Part shown: in pieces, positions 18,793 through 29,152 of the stretch
Layout of the letters: each line of letters begins with the position of its first letter
How positions within the stretch are numbered: the first letter of the stretch is position 1
Sequence record: NC_048078.1
DNA: 39,266 nucleotides
Source of the DNA: Escherichia phage N30
Direction: 5' to 3' (one strand)
Notes under the pieces: model-generated
Seen by the model: only the letters and a program-made list of their open reading frames with translations
Told to the model about the DNA's origin: nothing
Databases searched by the model: none
Translations under genes and position numbers: made by a program

Positions 18793-20403
18793 ATGGCTGA
18801 GAAGCGTACAGGTCTAGCCGAGGAAGGTGCAAAGTCGGTCTATGAGCGATTAAAGAATGACCGCGCTCCTTATGAGACTCGTGCTCAAAACTGCGCTCAG
18901 TACACCATTCCGTCCCTCTTCCCTAAGGATTCCGATAACTCATCCACAGACTACACAACTCCGTGGCAAGCTGTGGGTGCTCGCGGTCTCAATAACTTGG
19001 CCTCTAAGCTCATGCTGGCTCTCTTCCCGATGCAAACGTGGATGAAACTAACCATCTCTGAGTTCGAGGCCAAACAGTTACTGAATGACCCCGATGGACT
19101 CGCTAAGGTCGATGAGGGTCTCTCAATGGTAGAGCGCATCATTATGAACTACATTGAGTCTAACAGCTACCGAGTGACTCTCTTTGAGGCTCTCAAACAG
19201 TTAGTCGTAGCGGGTAATGTCCTGCTGTACCTACCGGAACCGGAAGGGTCAAACTATAATCCCATGAAGCTGTACCGATTGTCTTCTTATGTGGTCCAAC
19301 GAGACGCATTCGGCAACGTTCTGCAAATGGTGACTCGTGACCAAATAGCTTTCGGTGCTCTCCCTGAGGACATCCGTAAGGCTGTAGAAGGTCAAGGTGG
19401 TGAGAAGAAAGCTGATGAGACCATCGACGTGTACACTCACATCTATCTGGATGAGGACTCAGGTGAATACCTCCGGTACGAAGAGGTCGAGGGTATGGAA
19501 GTTCAAGGCTCCGATGGGTCTTACCCTAAAGAGGCTTGCCCATACATCCCGATTCGAATGGTTCGGCTTGACGGTGAATCCTATGGTCGTTCGTACATTG
19601 AGGAATATTTAGGCGACTTACGGTCACTTGAGAATCTCCAAGAGGCCATCGTTAAGATGTCAATGATTAGCTCTAAGGTTATCGGCTTAGTGAATCCTGC
19701 TGGTATCACCCAGCCACGCCGACTGACCAAAGCTCAGACTGGTGACTTCGTTACTGGTCGCCCAGAAGACATCTCGTTCCTCCAACTGGAGAAGCAAGCA
19801 GACTTTACCGTAGCCAAGGCTGTCAGTGACGCTATTGAGGCTCGCCTTTCGTTTGCCTTTATGTTGAACTCTGCTGTTCAGCGCACAGGTGAACGAGTGA
19901 CCGCCGAAGAGATTCGGTATGTCGCTTCTGAACTTGAAGATACTTTAGGTGGTGTCTACTCAATCCTTTCTCAAGAATTACAATTGCCTCTGGTACGAGT
20001 GCTCTTGAAGCAACTACAAGCCACGCAACAGATTCCTGAGTTACCTAAGGAAGCCGTAGAGCCAACCATTAGTACAGGTCTGGAAGCAATCGGTCGTGGT
20101 CAAGACCTTGATAAGCTGGAGCGGTGTGTCACTGCGTGGGCTGCTCTAGCACCGATGCGTGATGACCCTGACATCAACCTTGCGATGATTAAGTTGCGCA
20201 TTGCGAACGCTATTGGTATTGACACTTCTGGTATTCTACTCACCGAAGAACAGAAGCAACAGAAGATGGCCCAACAGTCTATGCAAATGGGTATGGATAA
20301 TGGTGCTGCTGCTCTGGCTCAAGGTATGGCTGCACAAGCTACAGCTTCACCTGAGGCTATGGCTGCTGCCGCTGATTCCGTAGGTTTACAGCCGGGAATT
20401 TAA
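18793..20403 (+). CDS. 8: Portal (head-tail connector) protein
   Basis: 536 aa, MAEKRTGLAEEGAKSVYERLKNDRAPYETRAQNCAQYTIPSLFPKDSDNSSTDYTTPWQAVGARG... Confidence 0.97.
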   Translation: MAEKRTGLAEEGAKSVYERLKNDRAPYETRAQNCAQYTIPSLFPKDSDNSSTDYTTPWQAVGARGLNNLASKLMLALFPMQTWMKLTISEFEAKQLLNDPDGLAKVDEGLSMVERIIMNYIESNSYRVTLFEALKQLVVAGNVLLYLPEPEGSNYNPMKLYRLSSYVVQRDAFGNVLQMVTRDQIAFGALPEDIRKAVEGQGGEKKADETIDVYTHIYLDEDSGEYLRYEEVEGMEVQGSDGSYPKEACPYIPIRMVRLDGESYGRSYIEEYLGDLRSLENLQEAIVKMSMISSKVIGLVNPAGITQPRRLTKAQTGDFVTGRPEDISFLQLEKQADFTVAKAVSDAIEARLSFAFMLNSAVQRTGERVTAEEIRYVASELEDTLGGVYSILSQELQLPLVRVLLKQLQATQQIPELPKEAVEPTISTGLEAIGRGQDLDKLERCVTAWAALAPMRDDPDINLAMIKLRIANAIGIDTSGILLTEEQKQQKMAQQSMQMGMDNGAAALAQGMAAQATASPEAMAAAADSVGLQPGI

Positions 20404-20423
20404 TACGACTCACTATAGGGAGA
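20401..20423 (+). promoter_or_regulatory. Phage class III promoter phi9
   Basis: TAATACGACTCACTATAGGGAGA overlapping the gene 8 stop codon. Confidence 0.9.
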
Positions 20424-20502
20424 CCTCATCTTTGAAATGAGCGATGACAAGAGGTTGGAGTCCTCGGTCTTCCTGTAGTTCAACTTTAAGGAGACAAGAA
20501 TA

Positions 20503-21426
20503 ATGGCTGAATCTAATGCAGACGTATATGCATCTTTTGGCGTGAACTCCGCTGTGATGTCTGGTGGTTCCGTTGAGGAACATGAGCAGAATATGCTGGC
20601 TCTTGATGTTGCTGCCCGTGATGGCGATGATGCAATCGAGTTAGCGTCCGACGAAGTGGAAACTGAACGTGACCTGTATGATAACTCTGACCCATTCGGT
20701 CAAGAGGACGATGAGGGCCGCATTCAGGTTCGTATTGGTGATGGCTCTGAGCCAACCGATGTGGACACTGGAGAAGAAGGCTTTGAGGGCACCGAAGGTT
20801 CCGAAGAGTTTACCCCACTGGGTGAGACTCCAGAAGAACTGGTAGCTGCCTCTGAGCAACTTGGTGAGCACGAAGAGGGCTTCCAAGAGATGATTAACAT
20901 TGCTGCCGAGCGTGGCATGAGCGTCGAGACCATCGAGGCCATCCAGCGTGAGTACGAGGAGAACGAAGAGTTGTCCGCTGAGTCCTACGCTAAGCTGGCT
21001 GAAATTGGTTACACGAAGGCTTTCATCGACTCGTACATTCGTGGTCAAGAAGCTCTGGTGGAGCAGTACGTAAACAGTGTCATTGAGTACGCTGGTGGTC
21101 GTGAGCGTTTTGACGCACTGTATACTCACCTTGAGACGCACAACCCTGATGCTGCACAGTCTCTGGACAATGCGTTGACCAATCGTGACTTAGCGACAGT
21201 TAAAGCTATCATCAACTTGGCTGGTGAGTCTCGCGCTAAGGCGTTCGGTCGTAAGCCAACTCGTAGTGTGACTAATCGTGCTATTCCGGCTAAACCTCAG
21301 GCTACCAAGCGTGAAGGCTTTGCGGACCGTAGCGAGATGATTAAAGCTATGAGCGACCCTCGGTATCGCACAGATGCCAACTATCGTCGTCAAGTCGAAC
21401 AGAAAGTAATCGATTCGAACTTCTGA
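20503..21426 (+). CDS. 9: Capsid assembly (scaffolding) protein
   Basis: 307 aa, highly acidic, MAESNADVYASFGVNSAVMSGGSVEEHEQNMLALDVAARDGDDAIELASDEVETERD... Confidence 0.95.
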   Translation: MAESNADVYASFGVNSAVMSGGSVEEHEQNMLALDVAARDGDDAIELASDEVETERDLYDNSDPFGQEDDEGRIQVRIGDGSEPTDVDTGEEGFEGTEGSEEFTPLGETPEELVAASEQLGEHEEGFQEMINIAAERGMSVETIEAIQREYEENEELSAESYAKLAEIGYTKAFIDSYIRGQEALVEQYVNSVIEYAGGRERFDALYTHLETHNPDAAQSLDNALTNRDLATVKAIINLAGESRAKAFGRKPTRSVTNRAIPAKPQATKREGFADRSEMIKAMSDPRYRTDANYRRQVEQKVIDSNF

Positions 21427-21439
21427 TAGACTCTGAAAT

Positions 21440-21480
21440 TAATACGACTCACTATAGGGAGACCACAGCGGTTTCCCTCT
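21440..21480 (+). promoter_or_regulatory. Phage class III promoter phi10 with leader hairpin
   Basis: TAATACGACTCACTATAGGGAGACCACAGCGGTTTCCCTCTAGAAAT, then strong SD AAGAAGGAGA before gene 10. Confidence 0.95.
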
Positions 21481-21524
21481 AGAAATCATTCTTTGTTTAA
21501 CTTTCTTAAGAAGGAGACATACAT

Positions 21525-22556
21525 ATGGCTAACATGACTGGTGGACAGCAACTGGGTACTAACCAAGGTAAAGGTCAAAGTGCTGGTGATAAACTGGCGT
21601 TGTTCTTGAAGGTATTTGGCGGTGAAGTTCTGACTGCATTCGCTCGTACCTCTGTGACCACTTCTCGCCACATGGTCCGTTCCATCTCCAGCGGTAAATC
21701 CGCTCAGTTCCCTGTTCTGGGTCGAACTCAGGCAGCGTATCTGGCTCCGGGTGAGAACCTCGATGATAAACGTAAAGACATCAAACACACCGAGAAGACC
21801 ATCACCATTGATGGCCTCCTGACGGCAGACGTTCTGATTTACGATATTGAGGATGCGATGAACCACTATGACGTTCGCTCTGAGTATACCTCTCAGTTGG
21901 GTGAGTCTCTGGCGATGGCTGCGGATGGTGCGGTTCTGGCTGAGATTGCTGGCCTGTGTAACTTGGCGAGCACCTATAACGAGAACATCGAGGGCTTAGG
22001 TACTGCTACCGTAATTGAGACCACTCAGTTAAAATCTGCACTTACCGACCAAGTTGCGCTGGGTAAGGAGATTATTGCAGCACTGACCAAGGCTCGTGCG
22101 GCTCTGACCAAGAACTACGTTCCGGCTGCTGACCGTGTGTTCTACTGCGACCCAGATAGCTACTCTGCGATTCTGGCAGCACTGATGCCGAACGCGGCAA
22201 ACTACGCTGCGCTGATTGACCCTGAGAAGGGTTCTATCCGTAACGTTATGGGCTTTGAGGTTGTAGAGGTTCCTCACCTCACTGCTGGTGGCGCTGGCAC
22301 CTCGCGCGAGGATACTTCCGGTCAGAAGCACGCCTTCCCTACCACTAAGAGCGGTAATGACAAGGTAGCTAAGGACAACGTTATCGGCCTGTTCATGCAC
22401 CGCTCTGCGGTAGGTACCGTTAAGCTGCGTGACTTGGCTCTGGAGCGCGCTCGCCGTGCTAACTTCCAAGCAGACCAGATTATCGCTAAGTACGCAATGG
22501 GCCACGGTGGTCTGCGCCCAGAAGCTGCTGGTGCAGTGGTTTTCAAGACGGAGTAA
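21525..22556 (+). CDS. 10A: Major capsid protein 10A
   Basis: 343 aa, MANMTGGQQLGTNQGKGQSAGDKLALFLKVFGGEVLTAFARTSVTTSRHMVRSISSGKSAQFPVLGRTQAAYL... Confidence 0.98.
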   Translation: MANMTGGQQLGTNQGKGQSAGDKLALFLKVFGGEVLTAFARTSVTTSRHMVRSISSGKSAQFPVLGRTQAAYLAPGENLDDKRKDIKHTEKTITIDGLLTADVLIYDIEDAMNHYDVRSEYTSQLGESLAMAADGAVLAEIAGLCNLASTYNENIEGLGTATVIETTQLKSALTDQVALGKEIIAALTKARAALTKNYVPAADRVFYCDPDSYSAILAALMPNAANYAALIDPEKGSIRNVMGFEVVEVPHLTAGGAGTSREDTSGQKHAFPTTKSGNDKVAKDNVIGLFMHRSAVGTVKLRDLALERARRANFQADQIIAKYAMGHGGLRPEAAGAVVFKTE

Positions 22557-22714
22557 TGCTGGGAGTGGCCTCAACGGTCGCTGCTAGTCCCGAAGAGGTG
22601 AGTGTTACTTCAACCGAAGAAACCTTAACGCCAGCACAGAAGGCTGCACGCACCCGCGCTGCTAACAAGGCCCGAAAGGAAGCTGAGTTGGCCGCTGCCA
22701 CCGCTGAGCAATAA
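21525..22714 (+). CDS. 10B: Minor capsid protein 10B (programmed -1 ribosomal frameshift near 22538-22544)
   Basis: Slippery G GTT TTC heptamer 12 nt before the 10A stop; the -1 frame stays open to TAA at 22712-22714, as for T7 10A/10B. Confidence 0.7.
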
Positions 22715-22763
22715 CTAGCATAACCCCTTGGGGCCTCTAAACGGGTCTTGAGGGGTTTTTTGC
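22715..22763 (+). terminator. Late transcription terminator Tphi
   Basis: ctagcataaccccttggggcctctaaacgggtcttgaggggttttttg: GC-rich hairpin plus U-tract. Confidence 0.95.
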
Positions 22764-22781
22764 TTTAATGGGAGGAACTAT

Positions 22782-23372
22782 ATGCGCTCATATGATATGA
22801 ACGTTGAGACTGCCGCTGAGTTATCCGCTGTGAACGACATTCTGGCATCTATCGGAGAACCTCCGGTATCAACGCTGGAAGGTGACTCTAACGCAGACGT
22901 AGCGAACGCTCGGCGTATTCTCAACAAGATTAACCGACAGATTCAATCTCGCGGATGGACGTTCAACATTGAGGAGGGCATAACGCTATTACCCGATGTT
23001 TACTCCAACCTGATTGTATACAGTGATGATTATCTGTCCCTAATGGCTACATCCGGTCAATCCATCTACGTTAACCGAGGTGGATATGTGTATGACCGAA
23101 CGAGTCAATCAGACCGCTTTGACTCTGGCATTACCGTGAACATTATTCGTCTCCGAGACTACGATGAGATGCCTGAGTGCTTCCGTTACTGGATTGTCAC
23201 CAAGGCTTCCCGTCAGTTCAACAACCGATTCTTTGGGGCACCAGAAGTAGAGGGTGTACTCCAAGAAGAGGAAGATGAGGCTAGACGTCTCTGTATGGAG
23301 TACGAAGTGGACTACGGTGGGTACAATATGCTGGACGGTGACGCGTTCACTTCTGGTCTACTGACTCGCTGA
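22782..23372 (+). CDS. 11: Tail tubular protein A (gp11)
   Basis: 196 aa, [62 protein letters not shown]... Confidence 0.97.
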   Translation: MRSYDMNVETAAELSAVNDILASIGEPPVSTLEGDSNADVANARRILNKINRQIQSRGWTFNIEEGITLLPDVYSNLIVYSDDYLSLMATSGQSIYVNRGGYVYDRTSQSDRFDSGITVNIIRLRDYDEMPECFRYWIVTKASRQFNNRFFGAPEVEGVLQEEEDEARRLCMEYEVDYGGYNMLDGDAFTSGLLTR

Positions 23373-23393
23373 TTAATCAATAAGGAGGCTCTA

Positions 23394-25784
23394 ATGGCAT
23401 TCATTAGCCAATCAATCAAGAACTTGAAGGGTGGTATCAGTCAACAGCCTGACATCCTTCGTTATCCCGACCAAGGGTCACGCCAAGTTAACGGTTGGTC
23501 TTCGGAGACCGAGGGCCTCCAAAAGCGTCCACCTATGGTTTTTCTCAAGACGCTGGGAGGAAGTGGTGACTTGGGACAAGCACCTTTAATTCACCTGATA
23601 AACCGTGATGAGTACGAGCGGTACTACGCAGTGTTTACCGGAAGTACCATCCGAGTTTTTGATTTAGCTGGTAACGAGAAACAAGTGCGTTTCCCTTCAG
23701 GGGCAGCGTATGTACAGACAGCTAACCCAAGGAATGACCTTAGGATGGTAACAGTTGCAGACTACACGTTTGTCGTTAACAGAAACGTCACAGTAACCGA
23801 GTCAACCGAAATTTCAACTGGTGGTAACTTTCGGGATAAAGGTGACGCTCTGATTAACGTGCGAGGTGGTCAATATGGAAGAACATTGAAGGTTCTGATT
23901 AATGGTACAGTATATGCATCATACACAATCCCCAACGGGTCCGCTCCAGAACACGTCAATAACACAGATGCTCAATGGCTTGCTAACGAGTTGGCTAAAA
24001 ATCTTAGGAACACCCTAGGACCCCACGGGTGGACATTCAACGTTGGTCAAGGGTTCATTCATGTGATAGCTCCTGCCAACGGCGAGATAGTCAACATATC
24101 AACCGAGGATGGATACGCAGACCAGCTAATTAACCCCGTCACGCACTACGCTCAGTCGTTCTCTAAGTTGCCACCAAACGCTCCAGACGGCTACATGGTT
24201 AAGATTGTTGGAGATTCCTCAAAGTCCGCTGACCAGTATTACGTTCAGTATGATGCCAGTCGTAAGGTATGGAAGGAAGTTGTTGGGTGGAACACCAAGC
24301 TGCACTACACTCATGCTACGATGCCTCACGCTCTCATTAGGGCCTCTGATGGTAACTTTGAATTCCAGACCATCTCGTGGAACCCTAGGGTGTGCGGTGA
24401 TGCTGATACTAACCCGTATCCTTCATTCGTAGGCTCTACGATTAATGATGTCTTCTTCTTCCGTAACCGTTTAGGATTCCTTAGCGGAGAGAATATCATA
24501 TTGAGTCGTACTGCAAAATACTTCAACTTCTTCCCAGCGTCGGTTGCTAACCTAAGTGATGATGACCCTATCGACGTAGCTGTGAGTACCAACCGAATCG
24601 CAATCCTTAAGTACGCCGTTCCGTTCTCAGAAGAGTTACTCATCTGGTCCGACGAAGCACAGTTCGTTCTTACAGCGTCAGGCACCCTTACATCAAAGTC
24701 AGTTGAGTTGAACCTAACGACTCAGTTTGACGTACAGGACCGAGCGAGACCTTTTGGGATTGGACGAAATGTCTACTTTGCTAGTCCGAGGTCCAGCTTC
24801 ACGTCCATCCACAGATACTATGCTGTGCAGGACGTAAGTTCCGTTAAGAACGCTGAGGACATTACAGCACACGTTCCTAACTACATTCCAAATGGTGTGT
24901 TTAGTATTTGTGGTAGTGGTACCGAAAACTTCTGTTCTGTACTATCTCACGGGGACCCTAGCAAAATCTTCATGTACAAATTCCTGTACCTTAACGAAGA
25001 GCTAAGGCAACAGTCGTGGTCTCACTGGGACTTTGGGGCAAACGTGCAGGTTTTGGCATGTCAGAGCATCAACTCAGATATGTTCATTATTCTACGTAAC
25101 GAGTTCAATACGTTCCTTGCGAGAGTTTCCTTTACGAAGAACGCCATTGACTTACAGGGAGAACCATATCGGGCCTTTATGGATATGAAGATTCGCTACA
25201 CGATTCCAAGCGGAACGTACAACGATGACACCTACGAAACTTCCATTCACATACCAACCATTTATGGTGCTAACTTCGGGAGGGGCAAAATCACTGTATT
25301 GGAGCCTGATGGTAAGATAACCGTATTTGAGCAACCAACTGCTGGGTGGAACAATGACCCATGGCTGAGGCTTAGTGGTAACTTAGAGGGACGAACGGTA
25401 TACATTGGGTTCAATATTAACTTCGTCTATGAGTTCTCTAAGTTTCTCATCAAGCAGACTGCCGACGATGGGTCAACCTCAACGGAAGACATTGGTCGCT
25501 TGCAGTTACGCCGAGCGTGGGTTAACTATGAGGAGTCTGGTACGTTTGACATTTATGTTGAGAACCAATCATCCAACTGGAAGTATACGATGGCTGGTGC
25601 TCGCTTAGGCTCTAACACTCTGAGGGCTGGGAGATTGAACTTAGGGACAGGACAATACCGATTCCCTGTGGTTGGTAACGCCAAGTTCAATACCGTGTCT
25701 ATCTTGTCTGACGAGACTACCCCGCTGAACATCATTGGGTGTGGCTGGGAAGGTAACTACTTACGGAGAAGTTCCGGTATTTAA
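23394..25784 (+). CDS. 12: Tail tubular protein B (gp12)
   Basis: 796 aa, MAFISQSIKNLKGGISQQPDILRYPDQGSRQVNGWSSETEGLQKRPP... Confidence 0.97.
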   Translation: MAFISQSIKNLKGGISQQPDILRYPDQGSRQVNGWSSETEGLQKRPPMVFLKTLGGSGDLGQAPLIHLINRDEYERYYAVFTGSTIRVFDLAGNEKQVRFPSGAAYVQTANPRNDLRMVTVADYTFVVNRNVTVTESTEISTGGNFRDKGDALINVRGGQYGRTLKVLINGTVYASYTIPNGSAPEHVNNTDAQWLANELAKNLRNTLGPHGWTFNVGQGFIHVIAPANGEIVNISTEDGYADQLINPVTHYAQSFSKLPPNAPDGYMVKIVGDSSKSADQYYVQYDASRKVWKEVVGWNTKLHYTHATMPHALIRASDGNFEFQTISWNPRVCGDADTNPYPSFVGSTINDVFFFRNRLGFLSGENIILSRTAKYFNFFPASVANLSDDDPIDVAVSTNRIAILKYAVPFSEELLIWSDEAQFVLTASGTLTSKSVELNLTTQFDVQDRARPFGIGRNVYFASPRSSFTSIHRYYAVQDVSSVKNAEDITAHVPNYIPNGVFSICGSGTENFCSVLSHGDPSKIFMYKFLYLNEELRQQSWSHWDFGANVQVLACQSINSDMFIILRNEFNTFLARVSFTKNAIDLQGEPYRAFMDMKIRYTIPSGTYNDDTYETSIHIPTIYGANFGRGKITVLEPDGKITVFEQPTAGWNNDPWLRLSGNLEGRTVYIGFNINFVYEFSKFLIKQTADDGSTSTEDIGRLQLRRAWVNYEESGTFDIYVENQSSNWKYTMAGARLGSNTLRAGRLNLGTGQYRFPVVGNAKFNTVSILSDETTPLNIIGCGWEGNYLRRSSGI

Positions 25785-25814
25785 TTAAGTGTTCTCCCTG
25801 TGGTGGTTCGAAAT

Positions 25815-25837
25815 TAATACGACTCACTATAGGGAGA
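25815..25837 (+). promoter_or_regulatory. Phage class III promoter phi13
   Basis: TAATACGACTCACTATAGGGAGA, +1 G at 25832. Confidence 0.9.
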
Positions 25838-25864
25838 ACAATACGACTACGGGAGGGTTTTCTT

Positions 25865-26281
25865 ATGATGACAATAAGACCTACTAAAAGTACAGACTTT
25901 GAGGTATTCACTCCGGCTCACCATGACATTCTTGAAGCTAAGGCTGCTGGTATTGAGCCGAGTTTCCCTGATGCTTCCGAGTGTGTCACGTTGAGCCTAT
26001 ATGGGTTCCCTCTAGCCATTGGTGGTAATTGTGGGGACCAGTGCTGGTTCGTTACGAGTGACCAAGTGTGGAGACTTAGTGGAAAGGCTAAGCGAGAGTT
26101 CCGTAAGTTAATCATGGAGTATCGCGATAAGATGCTTGAGAAGTATGATACTCTTTGGAATTACGTGTGGGTAGGCAATACGTCTCACATTCGTTTCCTC
26201 AAGACTATCGGTGCGGTATTTCATGAGGAGTACACACGCGATGGTCAATTTCAATTATTCACAATAACGAAAGGAGGGTGA
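25865..26281 (+). CDS. 13: Internal virion protein A (gp13)
   Basis: 138 aa, MMTIRPTKSTDFEVFTPAHHDILEAKAAGIEPSFPDASECVTLSLYGFPLAIGG... Confidence 0.95.
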   Translation: MMTIRPTKSTDFEVFTPAHHDILEAKAAGIEPSFPDASECVTLSLYGFPLAIGGNCGDQCWFVTSDQVWRLSGKAKREFRKLIMEYRDKMLEKYDTLWNYVWVGNTSHIRFLKTIGAVFHEEYTRDGQFQLFTITKGG

Positions 26282-26285
26282 TTAT

Positions 26286-26876
26286 ATGTGTTGGCCTGCT
26301 GCAATACCAATCGCACTAGCGGGTGCTCAGGCTATCGGTAGCCAGAACGCTCAAGCTAAAATGATAGCTTCGCAGACCGCCGCTGGTCGTCGTCAAGCAA
26401 TTGAACTTATGAAGCAGACGAACATCCAGAATGCTGACCTATCGTTGCAAGCTCGAAGTAAACTTGAGGAAGCGTCCGCTGAGTTGACCTCGCAGAACAT
26501 GCAGAAGGTCCAAGCTATGGGGTCTATCCGAGCGGCTATCGGAGAAAGTATGCTTGAAGGTTCCTCAATGGACCGAATTAAGCGAGTTACCGAGGGACAG
26601 TTCATTCGGGAAGCCAATATGGTAACTGAGAACTACCGCCGTGACTACCAAGCAATCTTCGCACAGCAACTTGGTGGCACTCAAAGTGCTGCAAGTCAGA
26701 TTGACGAAATCTACAAGGGCGAACAGAAACAGAAGAGTAAGCTACAGATGGTTCTTGACCCACTGGCTATCATGGGGTCATCTGCTGCTAGTGCTTATGC
26801 GTCTGGGGCGTTCGACTCTAAGCCAACCACTAAGGCACCTATTGTTGCCGCCAAAGGAACTAAGACGGGGAGGTAA
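26286..26876 (+). CDS. 14: Internal virion (core) protein B (gp14)
   Basis: 196 aa, MCWPAAIPIALAGAQAIGSQNAQAKMIASQTAAGRRQAIELMKQTNIQNADLSLQARSK... Confidence 0.95.
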   Translation: MCWPAAIPIALAGAQAIGSQNAQAKMIASQTAAGRRQAIELMKQTNIQNADLSLQARSKLEEASAELTSQNMQKVQAMGSIRAAIGESMLEGSSMDRIKRVTEGQFIREANMVTENYRRDYQAIFAQQLGGTQSAASQIDEIYKGEQKQKSKLQMVLDPLAIMGSSAASAYASGAFDSKPTTKAPIVAAKGTKTGR

Positions 26877-26882
26877 TATTAT

Positions 26883-29126
26883 ATGAGCAAGATTGAATCT
26901 GCCCTTCAAGCCGCACAGCCGGGACTCTCTCGGTTACGTAGTGGCGCTGGTGGTATGGGCTACAGGGCAGCCTCAACGCAAGCTGAGCAACCTAAGTCCA
27001 GCCTATTGGACACCATTGGTCGGTTCGCTAAGGCCGGAGCCGATATGTATACCGCTAAGGAACAACGTGCTCGTGACCTAGCAGATGAACGCTCTAACGA
27101 GATTATCCGTAAGTTGACTCCTGAGCAACGCCGAGAGGCATTGAATAATGGGACTCTTCTGTATCAGGACGACCCATACGCTATGGAAGCACTTCGAGTC
27201 AAGACTGGTCGTAACGCTGCGTACCTAGTTGATGATGACGTTATGCAGAAGGTAAAAGAGGGTGTCTTCCGTACTCGTGAAGAGATGGAACAGTATCGCC
27301 ACAGTCGTCTTCAAGAGGGCGCTAAGGCTTACGCTGAGCAGTTTGGGATTGACCCTGAGGACGTTGATTATCAGCGTGGTTTCAACGGGGACATCACTGA
27401 GCGTAACATCTCGCTGTATGGCGCACATGATAACTTCTTGAGTCAACAAGCTCAGAAGGGTGCCATCATGAATAGCCGAGTGGAACTCAACGGTGTCCTT
27501 CAAGACCCTGATATGCTTCGCCGCCCAGACTCTGCTGACTTCTTTGAGAAGTATATCGACAATGGTCTGGTTACTGGGGCAATCCCATCTGATGCTCAAG
27601 CCACACAGCTTATAAGCCAAGCGTTCAGTGACGCTTCTAGCCGTGCTGGTGGTGCTGACTTCCTGATGCGAGTCGGTGATAAGAAGGTAACACTTAACGG
27701 AGCCACGACTACTTACCGAGAGTTGATGGGTGAAGAACAATGGAATGCTCTTATGGTAACAGCACAACGTTCTCAATTTGAGAATGACGCTAAGCTGAAC
27801 GAGCAGTATCGCTTGAAGATTAACTCTGCGCTGAACCAAGAGGACCCTCGTACTGCGTGGGAGATGCTTCAAGGTATCAAGGCTGAACTCGATAAGGTTC
27901 AACCTGATGAGCAGATGACACCGCAACGCGAGTGGCTAATCTCGGCACAGGAACAAGTTCAGAATCAGATGAACGCATGGACGAAGGCTCAAGCCAAAGC
28001 TCTGGATGACTCAATGAAGTCTATGAACAAACTTGACGTAATCGACAAGCAGTTCCAGAAGCGAATCAACGGTGAGTGGGTATCAACGGACTTCAAGGAC
28101 ATGCCAACAAACGAGAACACTGGTGAGTTCAAACATAGCGATATGGTTAACTACGCCAATAAGAAGCTCGCGGAGATTGACCGCATGGACATCCCAGATA
28201 GCGCCAAGGACATGATGAAGTTGAAATACCTTCAAGCTGACTCTAAGGACGGTGCATTCCGTACAGCAATCGGGACTATGGTAACAGATGCTGGTCAAGA
28301 GTGGTCTGCCGCTGTGATTAACGGTAAGTTACCTGACAATACCCCAGCTTTGGATGCTCTACGTAGAATCCGTAATGCCGACCCTCAGTTGATTGCTGCG
28401 CTATACCCAGACCAAGCTGAGTTATTCCTGACGATGGACATGATGGACAAGCAAGGTCTCGACCCTCAGCTTCTTCTTGATGCCGACCGACTGACTGTTA
28501 AGCGGTCCAAAGAGCAACGCTTTGAGGACGATAAAGCATTTGAGTCTGCACTGAATGCGTCTAAGGCTCCTGAGATTGCCCGTATGCCAGCGTCACTGCG
28601 CGAATCTGCACGTAAGATTTATGACTCGGTTAAGTATCGCTCAGGGAACGAAAGCATGGCTATGGAGCAGATGACCAAGTTCCTTAAGGAATCTACCTAC
28701 ACGTTCACTGGTGACGATGTGGACGGTGATACCATTGGTGTAATTCCGAAGAACATGATGCAAGTCAACTCTGACCCGAAATCATGGGAGCAAGGTCGTG
28801 ATATTCTGGAGGAAGCACGTAAGGGAATCATTGCGAGCAACAATTGGATAGCCAACAAGCAACTGACCATGTATTCTCAAGGTGACTCCATTTACCTCAT
28901 GGACACCACTGGTCAAGTCCGCGTCCGTTATGATAAAGAGTTACTCTCGAAGGTCTGGAGTGAGAACCAGAAGAAACTCGAAGAGAAAGCTCGTGAGAAG
29001 GCTCTGGCTGATGTGAACAAGCGAGCACCTATAGTTGCCGCTACGAAGGCCCGTGAAGCTGCTGCTAAACGAGTCCGAGAGAAACGTAAACAGACTCCTA
29101 AGTTCATCTACGGACGTAAGGAGTAA
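26883..29126 (+). CDS. 15: Internal virion (core) protein C (gp15)
   Basis: 747 aa, collinear with T7 gp15. Confidence 0.95.
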   Translation: MSKIESALQAAQPGLSRLRSGAGGMGYRAASTQAEQPKSSLLDTIGRFAKAGADMYTAKEQRARDLADERSNEIIRKLTPEQRREALNNGTLLYQDDPYAMEALRVKTGRNAAYLVDDDVMQKVKEGVFRTREEMEQYRHSRLQEGAKAYAEQFGIDPEDVDYQRGFNGDITERNISLYGAHDNFLSQQAQKGAIMNSRVELNGVLQDPDMLRRPDSADFFEKYIDNGLVTGAIPSDAQATQLISQAFSDASSRAGGADFLMRVGDKKVTLNGATTTYRELMGEEQWNALMVTAQRSQFENDAKLNEQYRLKINSALNQEDPRTAWEMLQGIKAELDKVQPDEQMTPQREWLISAQEQVQNQMNAWTKAQAKALDDSMKSMNKLDVIDKQFQKRINGEWVSTDFKDMPTNENTGEFKHSDMVNYANKKLAEIDRMDIPDSAKDMMKLKYLQADSKDGAFRTAIGTMVTDAGQEWSAAVINGKLPDNTPALDALRRIRNADPQLIAALYPDQAELFLTMDMMDKQGLDPQLLLDADRLTVKRSKEQRFEDDKAFESALNASKAPEIARMPASLRESARKIYDSVKYRSGNESMAMEQMTKFLKESTYTFTGDDVDGDTIGVIPKNMMQVNSDPKSWEQGRDILEEARKGIIASNNWIANKQLTMYSQGDSIYLMDTTGQVRVRYDKELLSKVWSENQKKLEEKAREKALADVNKRAPIVAATKAREAAAKRVREKRKQTPKFIYGRKE

Positions 29127-29152
29127 CTAAAGGCTACATAAGGAGGCCCTAA

